Below are positions 38,508-49,700 of a DNA stretch of 64,000 nt, one piece after another; position 1 is the first letter of the stretch, and each line of letters starts with the position of its first letter. Both the position numbers and the translations under genes were made by a program. A model generated the notes under the pieces. That model was not told the origin of the DNA. It did not search any database and saw only the letters and a program-made list of their open reading frames with translations. This DNA comes from Azolla caroliniana. Its lineage: Eukaryota; Plantae; Polypodiophyta. The stretch lies in NCBI GenBank assembly GCA_043228905.1, contig JBHGNT010000011.1:1116001-1180000 (forward strand), given 5' to 3'.

Positions 38508-41500
38508 TGATGATAAGAAAGATATGTATGATATGAAGAGAATATACAATGGTGGCTAAAAGGCTTAAGACTGGCGTTGAACCAATTTGGTTCAATATAA
38601 TGCCTAGTGCCCTCTTTTATAGTGTTTTCAGGAGTAATCCTAAAGCTTCTAGAATGTTCCAGAGAAATCTGGAATATACACTAATTTCCTATAATAAAAT
38701 GTAAATGAAAATAATATCCTACAATGATCTAATGGTGAAGAGCTCGACCCATATAACCTAAGGTCATGGGTTCGAGTCTTGCCATATCATGACACTATCC
38801 TCCCTTTAAAATGACGAGTGTCACGAGTCGTCTTGGATTGAGGACCTGGTTTGTGTGGATATTGACGATGGAAGTCTTCAAGAAGAGCACGAGCATTGGT
38901 CACATTCTCGATCGGTTCCCAAGTACGTTCGTTGGGGCTATAGCCTAGCCAATCGACTAGATAGTAGAGCTTGTTGCGAACAATCTTGGAATCAAGGATG
39001 GCGGCAACCTCATACTCCGGCCCATCTTCAAGCTCGATCGGGGGTAGAGGTTGGATAAGACGTCCTGGGATGGTGCTCTCGTGGTAGGGTTCGAGGAGAG
39101 AACTATGAAACACCGGATGTATCCGAAGTTGAGGAGGTAGATCGAGACGAAAAGCGACATCATTAATCTGTCCAATAATACGGAAAGGACCTAATCGCCG
39201 ATAATCTAACTTCTCACATGAATGACTAGTCTTGATGTGTCGTCGTAGTAGCCACACCCGATCTCCAATATTAAAACTGGATGGAAGTCGAAGACGATCC
39301 GCGTAGACCTTGTGTGTTTGTTGAGCTTGCTGGAGATGAGTAGATAAATCTGCTTGTATCTTGCGTAACTGCTCCAAACAATCCTCCGTGCACGGATTTG
39401 TGGACACCTTTGGGGTTTCAAGTACACTCCACCGGGGGTGACATCCCGTATAAGCATAAAATGGCGTAACTTTAGTGGATGCATGGATAGAGTTGTTATA
39501 GGCAAATTCGGCAAAGTGGAGAATATCTACCTAGTCATCTTGATGATAGCTGAGAAAGCACCGCAGATACTGCTCCAGTGTTTGATTTGTTCGTTCAACT
39601 TGGCCATCGGTTTGTGGGTGGTAGCCGGAGGAGAGGTTACAAGTGACCTTGAGCATGTTAAAAAGGTGCTTCTAGAATTTTGACACGAACTGGGGTCCAC
39701 GGTCGTTGATGATACTATCAGGAAGTCCATGATGCCGACATACTTCACGCATGACAATTTCGGCAGTGTCTTCACTGGAGATCTCCTTAGTACATGGCAA
39801 GAAATGAGCCATCTTCGTATATCGATCGACCACCGTTAGAATCGCATTGAACCCCTTAGAGACTGGAAGATCTGTGATGAAGTCTAGAGCCATGGATTGC
39901 CACGACTTGCTTGGAATTGGTAATGGTTCTAATAAAGCATATGGATGATGCCTTGGCATTTTCGCTCTACAACATGTATCACAAGTCCGAACAAAATCCT
40001 CGGCAAATTGTCGCATACAGGGCCACCAAAATGTTCGTTGTACTAAATGTAATGTTTTAGTATTACCAAAATGCCCAACTGTATATGTGTCATGACAGTT
40101 TTGTACTACTCGAAGGCGGCAAGAACCATTAGGAACATACAAAAGTTCTTTAAAGAAGAGTAATCCATCATGGTATTTGAATTGCCGATAGTCCGTACCT
40201 GGTGGTTGCGACTGTGAACACGACGCTCGAGAGGGATCAATTTGTGCTAGTATAGCTTGGGCGAACGCATCTGTCTTCAAGTCTTCACGTATGGTATCGA
40301 TAACGCGGGAATTCATAGGCATGTCAAAGATCTATGTTGCTTGTAGCCGTGCCGGTCCCAAGATGACTTGTTTTTGGTTATCGAAAACTGGCTCGCCGGG
40401 ACGGGGTGCTAGATACGAACGTCGTGATAATGCATCTACCTTCCCTTGGTGCCTCCCCGGACGATATGTAATTTTGAAGTCGAAACGTGTGAGGAAGTGG
40501 ACCCACCGAGCTTGATGTCGATTCAACACACGAGCATCCTGAAAGTAGGCAAGATTTTTGTGGTCACTAAATACGGTGACTAGATGAGAGGATCCCTCCA
40601 GAAAATGCCTCCATTGCATAAAAGAATCCACTATTGCCAATAGCTCCTTATCATGAATTTCGTAGTTGATTTCGGCGGCGTCAAACTTCCGTGAGTGAAA
40701 AGCCACAAGATGTAGCTTCTCATCATTCCCCTGTTGTGACAGAATGCTCCCCAATGCAAAATCCGATGCGTCAGCTTCGATAATGAATGGTTTTTCCGGA
40801 TCAACATGAGCTAGAATTGGAGCCGATGTAAATGCCTTTTTAAGACTCTCGAAAGCCATGTCCGTTTCTTCAGACCAGATGAACGGTTGTCCCTTCTTGG
40901 TAAGTTGTGTGAGAGGTAGAACGATCTTTGAGTAATCTTGTATAAACTTCCGGTAAAAATTGGCAAAGCCTAAGAAGCATTGCACATCCCGCACCGAACG
41001 CGGACTCTGCCATTCTAGGTCACCGTTTTGACCTTAGCTGGGTCCATGGAGATGCCTTCTGACGAAATGATGTAGCCGAGAAATTCCACTTGGTTGCACC
41101 CAAAACTACATTTTTCTAGCTTTGCATACAGACCATGTTCTCGAAGTCGTTTTAGTACTAATAGTACATGAGAATCATGTTCTTCTTGGGTCTTTGAATA
41201 AACCAGTAGATCATCCAAATAGATGATCAAACAATCATCCAATAGATCTCGGAATATATCATTCGCCATGTGCTGGAAGACTGTCGGCGCATTAGTGAGG
41301 CCGAACGGCATGACCGTCTTCCATTCGTCTCTTGGTCGGATCCGTACGAGGTTATATGCTCCCCGTAAGTCAATCTTCGTGAAGAACCTGGCACCATTGA
41401 TCCGTTCTAAAAGACTTGAGATAAGGGGAAGAGCATACCTATTCCTGATTGTAACCTTATTCAAGCCACGGTAATCTACAACGAGACGAAGTGATCCATC

Positions 41501-42890
41501 TGTTTTCTTGACGAAGAAAATGGGCCCGCCGGCTGGAGATTTCGAATGCTGAATGAAACCATTTTCCAAATTCTCCTCTATATAGGCCCGAAGGACTTCC
41601 AGCTCGGTTGGTGACAAATTGTAGATCGGTCCCCATGGCGGCTCTTTTCCCGGTTGTAAATCGATGGGGCAATCGTACGGTTGATGATGAGGAAGTGTGT
41701 TGGCTTGTACTTTATCGAACACATCGGCGTAATGACGATACTTCTCGGGAAGTTGAACAGTGGATTCTTCTTTAGTGGTGCTGGAGGGGTTTACTGATAT
41801 TGCAAAGAGGAACATTTCCTCCTTGCGCCCTTCTTTACGCAACTGACGTAGCGAAATGGTTGCCATCTTCTGATTTGACCCTTGGGTTTGTCGACACTGG
41901 ATTTCTCTTGTTCTCCAATCTATGTCTGGGTTATGTAACTCGAACAATGGTAATCCTAAAACTATAGGATGTTCTGGGATACTAATATTATTAAATGATA
42001 CTACACATGCTAAGTTATCTAGGACAATATTAATGGGCTCTGACTCTTCTATGATATTTCCGGAAGCAATGGGACGTCCATCAATGACTACTACAGAGGC
42101 TGGACACTGGAGTTTTCTTAGGGATATCTTATGAGCTTGAGCAAATTTCTTATCCATAAAGCAAGAGTTAGCTCTGGAATCTAGGAGTGCTAGGACATGT
42201 ACTGGAGGGGTACTTTTAATAATAACTATTACTTGGGCTACGAACACATCACTAACTTTCTTAGAGGGAATGGAACCACTAATGGGCTGCACAGATCTAG
42301 GGCTGTCCAACCAAATGGCTCCTATTTTGGCTGGACTTAGTCGTTTAACTCTTCTTCTAGCTGACTAAGGACATCAAATTTGTTTGCTAGATCTGGGATA
42401 TTAGTACTATAAGGACTATCAGATATCCCTACTGAAATAGGCTCGGGTTTAGTACAATTAGAACTAGCGACTATTTGGTTTACCTGTCTTCTTGGCCTAT
42501 GGGGGCAATTTATTGCGATATGTCCTGGTCCACTGCAGTAAAGACATAGTCAATTTGTACAGCGTTGCTGCTTTTCTTCTTCGGATAATGGTCCTCGACG
42601 ACGTGTAGTGTCAATCTCCATCGGAGTCAGAGTATTCGCTGGAGGCGCATTATATGACTCCCTCGAAAAAGGTCTTGCTACCACTGAGGCGTAGGTGGGC
42701 TCTGATCTTGCCCTCGGCATCTGTAGTTGTCGTTCCGAACGTCGCTCAAAGAGGCGGTTGTCACATCTCACCGCGCGACTGATTGGTTCTGTTAAGGACT
42801 TTGGCTCTTCGGGGAAGGTCAAGAGTAAATCCTTGACGTCGTTGCGTAAACCATAACGGAATTGCTCCATCAACGCTTGATCATCCCAAG

Positions 42891-43158
42891 TGACGGGAAC
42901 TGGTCGTTCCTTATGCGCAACGCTCGGCCACAACCGAGCTTGTAATGATACACAGAAAACGGGAAATAAAACACGACAGGAAGAAGAGAAAGATACACAG
43001 GAGGTTTACGTGGAAAACCCCAAACTAAGGGAAAAACCACGGCAGCCAACACGCTGCAAACTGTCACTATGTAAGAATATACAACAGTGAGTTCACTGAG
43101 GCACCGACCTCGTTCTCACAAATCTTCGCCACAGACGGCGGTTACAACGGAGGCAATG

Positions 43159-43210
<52 letters not shown>

Positions 43211-43780
43211 AGTTACGCACACTGATCTCGTGCAAAACAGAAAATGACAACAACAATAAAAGTTTGCCCTAAGTCATATTTATACTAATATGACTTTTAG
43301 GCTATTTACAAATATAGCCTCGATGGGCTCTCAGAAACATATTTACGAATATGTCTCTTCGTCCGGTTCTCATCGGGTCTGTACGATTCGGTTCTCCATA
43401 ACCGGGTACTCCTCATCCGGTCTTCTCACCGGGTCTGTACCATCCGGTTCTCCGTAATCCGGTACTCCTCATCCGGTCTTCACCGGGTCTGTATCATCCG
43501 GCTCTCCATAGCCGGGTACTCCTCATCCGGTCTTCACCAGGTCTGTATCATCCGGCTCTCCGTAGCCGGGTACTCCTCATCCGGTCTTCACCAGGTCTGT
43601 ATCATCCGGCTCTCCGTAGCCGGGTACTCCTCATCCGGTCTTCATCGGGTCTGTATCATCCGGCTCTCCGTAGCCGGGTACTCCTCATCCGGTCTCGGCC
43701 TCCGCCTATCGGCCTCGGCTGAGTTTGTTCATCGGCACTGTTCTTCTCCCTTCCCATCCGGAGGGACCTGTCTCCCAACA
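42891..43780 (-). mobile_element. Solo LTR D (890 bp) inserted in the gag of element C
   Basis: TG..CA ends, TSD CCAAG (42886-42890 / 43781-43785), minus-strand TATAAATA ~43278-43285, no coding region. Confidence 0.9.
43362..43695. repeat. ~52-54 bp CCGG-rich tandem repeat, about 6 copies, in solo LTR D
   Basis: Unit approximately CCGGGTACTCCTCATCCGGTCTTCACCRGGTCTGTATCATCCGGCTCTCCGTAG. Confidence 0.92.
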
Positions 43781-46700
43781 CCAAGGGATATCGGCGGCGT
43801 GTAGGCGAAAATCTGCAGCGTATGCTGAGGCTGGACGGTCACCTTGGCGTAATCGCCGGAATTTGTTGATTGCGGTCTTGATGCTGTCAGTATCTCCGAA
43901 ACATGCTTTAAACTCACCTAGAAACTCTTCAAAATTGTTGAGTAACGGAGATTCCTTTTCTAATAGTGGAGCGAACCATGACAACGCTGACCACTTAACA
44001 AAGTGCCTACTAAACCCACTCGTGATGCATTGGTGGGATATCGGGAAGGATGCATTTGAATAACTAATCGTACCTGGTTAAGGAACCCTCTAAACTGCGA
44101 TCCCGTTCCATCGAACTTCGTGAGAAGGCCAATCTTGGGTTCTTTATGAATCCCTTGTGTTCCGGGCCCTTATTGTTGCATTGCTACGATGGTTGCTTCG
44201 AGTTGTTGCACGCGTAACGCAAGTTCCCCATGTTGTTGTTGCGTTTGCTACTTCTCTAAGGAGATTTGTTGAAGATCCCCCAGCAACCGTTGGTTTTCTT
44301 GTTCCAAAGCATGGAACTTCTCCTTCAAGCATTGAAATTCTGAGAAAACAGATTGATATTCTTCTGTGCTAACAGTGGCCATGGGATAAAAGAAAAGAGG
44401 AATAAAAGATTAGTAGGAAATGAGAGAGACAGAAGGTAGGGAAAATTGGTTCAAACTATTAGGAACAGTATTGAGACAAAGAAGAAATTAGTACTAAACG
44501 AAGGATTAGTACTATGAGAGGTGTGGAACTTCTTCGAGAGAAGGAAGAAGTGAGCGAGACGGAGAGAAAGAGAGAGAGAGAGTGATAAGAAAGATATGTA
44601 TTATATGAAGAGAATATACAATGGTGGCTAAAAGGCTTAAGACTGGGGTTGAACCAATTTGGTTCAATATAATGCATGGTGCCCTCTTTTATAGTGTTTT
44701 CAGGAGTAATCCTGAAGCTTCTAGAATGTTCCAAAGAAATCTGGAATATACACTAATTTCCTATAATAAAATGTAAATGAAAATAATATTCTACGTATTA
44801 CAATAGATGATCTAATGGTCAAGAGCTCGACCCATATAACCTAAGGTCATGGGTTCGAGTCTTCTCATATCATGACAGTTGCCCGCCTTGCCGTCGCCAC
44901 CGCCCGTCACTCTAGGACTCATGTCGGCACTCGGGTCGACCGCCGGAGTTTCTAGGACCTGGTACCACCGCTCGTTGTGTCCGTAGCCACCTCCGTCTGG
45001 ACGTCTTCGTCTCGATTGCCCGCCTTGCCGCCGCTACCGCCCGTCGCTCTAGGTCTCACGCCGGCACTCGGGCCGACCGCCGGAGCCTCTAGGACCGGTG
45101 TGTGTAAGGTCGCGGCACCGCCGCTCGTTACCTCCCCACTCGATGTTTCGGGCTGCCATGTCCCGAATCCGTAGTTACCGACCTCCATGGCCGTCCCTTC
45201 ACCGCAAGGCAAGAGGTTCGCTTGCTCTGCACCCTCTCCCATGTCGCCGCCCCGTCTTCTACGCTTAGGGAGGCTTCTTCCTCCGCATCCTCCGATCGCC
45301 TACGACCCGACTCCATAATAAGCCCTTCTTCAGCTTCAATTTTCCCCTTCACAAGCTCGCATGCCTCCCGTATTAGCGCTTCTAGGTCGAGCTCCTCCGA
45401 ACCGTTTTGCGTTGAGCTCTCTTCCGGCGGTAGTGCGTACTCACTTGCCGCTCTCTCTTCTCCACCGCTCGCGGGCCACGTTGTTGCCGACCGCTCCCCA
45501 TCGGGTTGCCGGCATACCCACTCCGGTTTCGCATATCCGTATGCGTCCAATAAAGCTCCCTCAAAGGACTCCCATGACTCGTGAGCTTCTCATAGCTCCT
45601 TGACCTCCTTGTGCACCGATACGGCCGCCACTCGAGGAAAATACTCTAGTCGCATCGCCTCGTCCACGCCCCCTTTCGCCATCTCGGCCTTGTAGGCTCC
45701 CAAAAATTTTGGGACCTCGTTCCCATTGAACCGGCCGACTCAATCGACCACCCTTTCGACGGCTTGTTGAGTCGCATCTCGCTTCGCCATCTTCCGTCCA
45801 GCTTCCATCACGATCTTTGCCATCATCTCCTCGAAGTCGAAGTCTTCTTCCATCTCCATGCTCCCTTGTTGCCCTTCATGTCAGGTTCACCAAAGATGTC
45901 GCGTTGTTACGCGCGTGCGTGTAGAAGGGGCGGGACCACGGGGGTCTTGGACTAGGGAGTAGAGGAGAAAGAATAAGATATGAGAAATGGAAGCTTAACA
46001 CCGGATGAGAAGATGAAGAGTAGCACATAAGCATAGACCAAAATAGATGGAAGCAAGATCCACAACAAGATATATTAAAATGAACGATTGATTACAACGA
46101 TGGTGGCCACATGGACCGCACCAAAACTATGAGAAAACCTAAACGAAACCCTAACCCTAAAACGGTAAGAACTCTACACTAAGTGGTATACCTTTCATAC
46201 ACAAAATAAGCAACCCTTCATAAGTGACCCCTCCCTTCCTTTTATAGCCCAAGGAGGGAGGGACCTTACAATGTGGGATAAAATTTCCCCTCTTATTTCT
46301 ATACACCATTTCCTAGTAATCATGTGCACATGTTGCACACCACCGACTTGCCCTTTCCACCCTGGTTTCTGCCTATGGACGAAAATCTTCACGACAACGC
46401 TGCAAGAGACGGAGCGGTGAGTTGCCGGGATCGGCGGATGAACGACAAAAGTGGAGGATGGTACGTGGAGAGCAAAGAGTTATGCACCGGGGAGAGACAA
46501 AGCGGCTTCTCGGAGGGCATGCAAGGCCAATCGGGCCAAGACGGCGCAAGTCGAGGCGAGGTGGTAATGACAGCCTCGAGGGACACTGACACGGAGGTCG
46601 GGATGACAATACGCTCTACGGCGAGAGAGCACGGAGAGCAAGGGAGAATCAAGGTGCGCATAATGGGGTCATCTAACGAAGGATTGTGTCTGGGAAAATG

Positions 46701-49700
46701 AAGGAGATGCGTGGAGAACGGAGGGTCGCATACTGTGAAGAGCAAATGGGGCATCCCGAAGGATGTGTGCGGCCGAGCGGGCCAGGCGGACCAAGAGGGT
46801 GTACCTCGGGGCGAAGCGGCAACATAAGAGGTTACGGAGGACACCGAAGACGATAGCACCGACTCGAATGTCGGGGAAGCAACGTACCTTTTTGAAAGGG
46901 TATGTAAAGCGGAGCGGAGTGCGAGATGTGCGATGTGGCCGCGTAAGGGTTGAGCGACGAGCACGAGGATGATCAACGACAAAGTTCGTCGCGTGACACT
47001 ACCGAGTCGAGGAAACGGCCGAGGCGAGACAAGCGTGGACGAAGAGCGCAGGTTTGCGAAGACCGGGTCTGGCGGACCGGGCGGAGACAGTGGTTCAACG
47101 AACTCCGTCGAGTATGGTGGATCGGATGGAGCCGACGGTTCGAGAGCATACGACGGATAAGGCGGACCGGGAGGCTACGGTGGTCCATGTGGGACAGATG
47201 GGCTTGCTCGAAGTGGAAGACGAAGTCGGGCAAAGCTGACAAAGATGCTAAGGACTCGGTTGATCGCCATGGCCGAAAATCTCACCTCTTTCCCCTTCCC
47301 TGCACATACCGGTGGATGTGCGGTTTGGTGGGGGCGGATGTCGTGAAGATTTTCGTCCATAGGCGGAAACCGGGGTGGAAAGGGCAAGTCGGTGGTGTGC
47401 AACATGTGCACACGTGTACTAGGAAAAGGTGTATAGAAATAAGAGGGGAAATTTTGTCCCACATTGTAAGGTCCCTCCCTCCTTGGGCTATAAAAGGAAG
47501 GGAGGGGTCACTTATGAAGGGGTTGCCTATTTTGCGTATAAAAGGTATACCACTTAGCCTAGAGTTCTTACCGTTTTAGGGTTAGGGTTTCGTTTAGGGT
47601 TTTCCTTATTCATCTCCGGTTAGGGTTCTTCTCCTCTTGAGCTAAGCTTCCAAACATATCTTATTCTTTCTCCTCTACTCCCTAGTCTGAGACCCCCGTG
47701 GTCCCGCCCCTTCTACACGCACGCGCGTAACAACGCGACACCGGCAAAATATCATCCTTATGTCGATGTATTTGACAAGGTAAAAGCCGGTACTCTTCCT
47801 CATCATCGTCCCTATGATTGTCCCATTGATTTACAACCAAGAACAGAGCCACCATGGGGACCAATTTACAACTTGTCACCCATCGAGTTAGAAGTCCTTC
47901 GAGCCTACATAGAGGAGAACTTGGCAAGCGGGTTTGTTCGTCATTCAACATCTCCGGCCGGTGCACCCATCTTCTTTGTCAAGAAGAAAGATGGCTCACT
48001 TCGTCTCATCGTTGATTACCGCGGCTTGAATAAAGTCACCATCCGGAATAGGTATGCACTTCCTCTTATATCAAGTCTTTTAGAGCGAGTTAATGGTGCC
48101 AAGTTTTTTACAAAAATCGATCTACAAGGAGCGTATAACCTCATACGGATCCGATCGGGAGATGAATGGAAGACCACCTTTCGTACGCGGTATGGGCATT
48201 TCGAATATATTGTTATACCGTTCGGTCTAACCAATGCACCCGCAGTCTTCCAACACATGGCAAATGATATATTCAGAGACCTCTTGGATATCTGTATGAT
48301 CATCTATCTGGATGATCTATTGATTTATTTGAAGACCCAGGAAGAGCACGATTCTCATGTACTATTAGTACTAAAATGACTCCGCGAGAACGATCTTTAT
48401 GCCAAGGTAGAAAAATGTAGCTTTGATTGCAAGCAAGTGGAATTTCTAGTTACATCATCTCCTCAAAGGGCATCTCCATGGATCCAGCTAAAGTCCAAAC
48501 TGTGCTAGAGTGGCAAATTCCACGGTCTGTTCGAGATGTACAATGTATTCTAGGTTTGCTAACTTCTACCGCAAGTTTTATACAGGATTACTCGAAGATT
48601 ATTTTACCTCTCACACAACATACGAAGAAGGGACAAGCATTTCTTTGGTCCAATGAAGCGGATATGGCTTTTCGGCATCTTAAGAAAGCCTTTAGATCAG
48701 CTCCTATTCTAGCTCATGTGGATACAAGCAAACCGGTCATCATGGAGGCCGACGCATTGGATTTCGCCCTCGGTAGCATCCTTTCTCAACAAGGAGATAA
48801 AGAAGAGTTACATCCTGTGGCTTTCCATTCGAGCAAATTCGATGCCAGGGAAATCAACTACGAAATACATGACAAGGAGTTATTAGCCATCGTGGATTCC
48901 TTTATGCAATGGCAACATTTCTTAGAGGGCTCTCCACATCAGGTCATTGTCTTTAGTGATCACAAAAATCTTGCTTATTTCCAAAACGCTCGGGTGCTAA
49001 ATCGACGGCAAGCTCGGTCAGCTCAATTCCTCACGCGTTTTGACTTCAAAATCACATATCGACCGGGGAAGCAGCAAGGAAAAGCAGATGCGCTATCACG
49101 AAATTCATATCTTGCACCTCGTCCTGGTGATCCAGCGTTTGATAATCAAAAGCAAGTAATCTTGGGACCAACACGATTGCACACAACGCGGATTTTTCAC
49201 ACCCCAATGGATTCCCGGATTACCGATGCCATACGTGCGAATTTGAAGACAGACAGTTTTGCTCAAGACATTCTGGCGCACATTGATACCTCTCGGGCAT
49301 CCTGTTCCCAATCTCAACAACCAGGTATGGACTACCAACAATTTGAATATTATGATGGTTTGTTATTCTTTAAAAAGCTTCTATATGTCCCCGATTGCTC
49401 CTGTCGCCTTCAAATCGTCCAAAATTGTCACGACACCCATACGGCGGGACATTTTGGTAGTACAAAGACGTTGGATCTCGTTCAACGATCTTTTTGGTGG
49501 CCCCATATGCGACGTTTTGTCAACAACTACGTTCGGACTTGTGATGCTTGCTGCCGAGCAAAGATGCTCCGACACCATCCATATGGCTTGTTGGAACCCT
49601 TACCGATTCCAAGTAAGCCGTGGCAGTCTATTTGTCTTGATTTTATCACAGATCTGCCGGTCTCGAAGGGGTTCGATGCTATCTTAACCGTCGTCGATCG

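Larger units (their letters stand above)
38326..44877 (-). mobile_element. Full-length Tcn1-like chromovirus element C (same LTR family as B), degenerate, containing solo LTR D
   Basis: LTRs 44457-44877 and 38326-38794, TSD GTTGC (38321-38325 / 44878-44882), gag ATG 44382, pol ~42340-38787 with chromodomain (YEVAAILDSKIVRNKLYYLVDWLGY). Short RT deletion (EWKT|VMPFGL), stops and frameshifts. Confidence 0.95.
36466..46396 (-). mobile_element. Second X-family copy (X2) inserted in reverse orientation inside X1
   Basis: 5' LTR 45897-46396, Trp-like PBS 45875-45892, gag-like start ~45860, U3-truncated 3' LTR 36466-~36826, exact 4-bp TSD ACGC (36462-36465 / 46397-46400). Confidence 0.9.
34217..47740 (+). 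mobile_element. Non-autonomous LTR element X1 (gag-like N-terminus plus acidic low-complexity ORF remnants, no pol)
   Basis: LTRs 34217-34701 and 47339-47740 (TGTCG..CGACA), PBS TGGTGAACCCCACGTGAA 34706-34723 (tRNA-Trp-like), PPT GGTGGGGGCGGA. Removing it with the 4-bp TSD CCGA/CCGG restores QLPAKYH in B. Confidence 0.88.

Noticed and set aside
43362-43695. CRISPR-like regular repeats
   Set aside because: Head-to-tail tandem units with no unique spacers, inside a plant solo LTR, and no cas genes.
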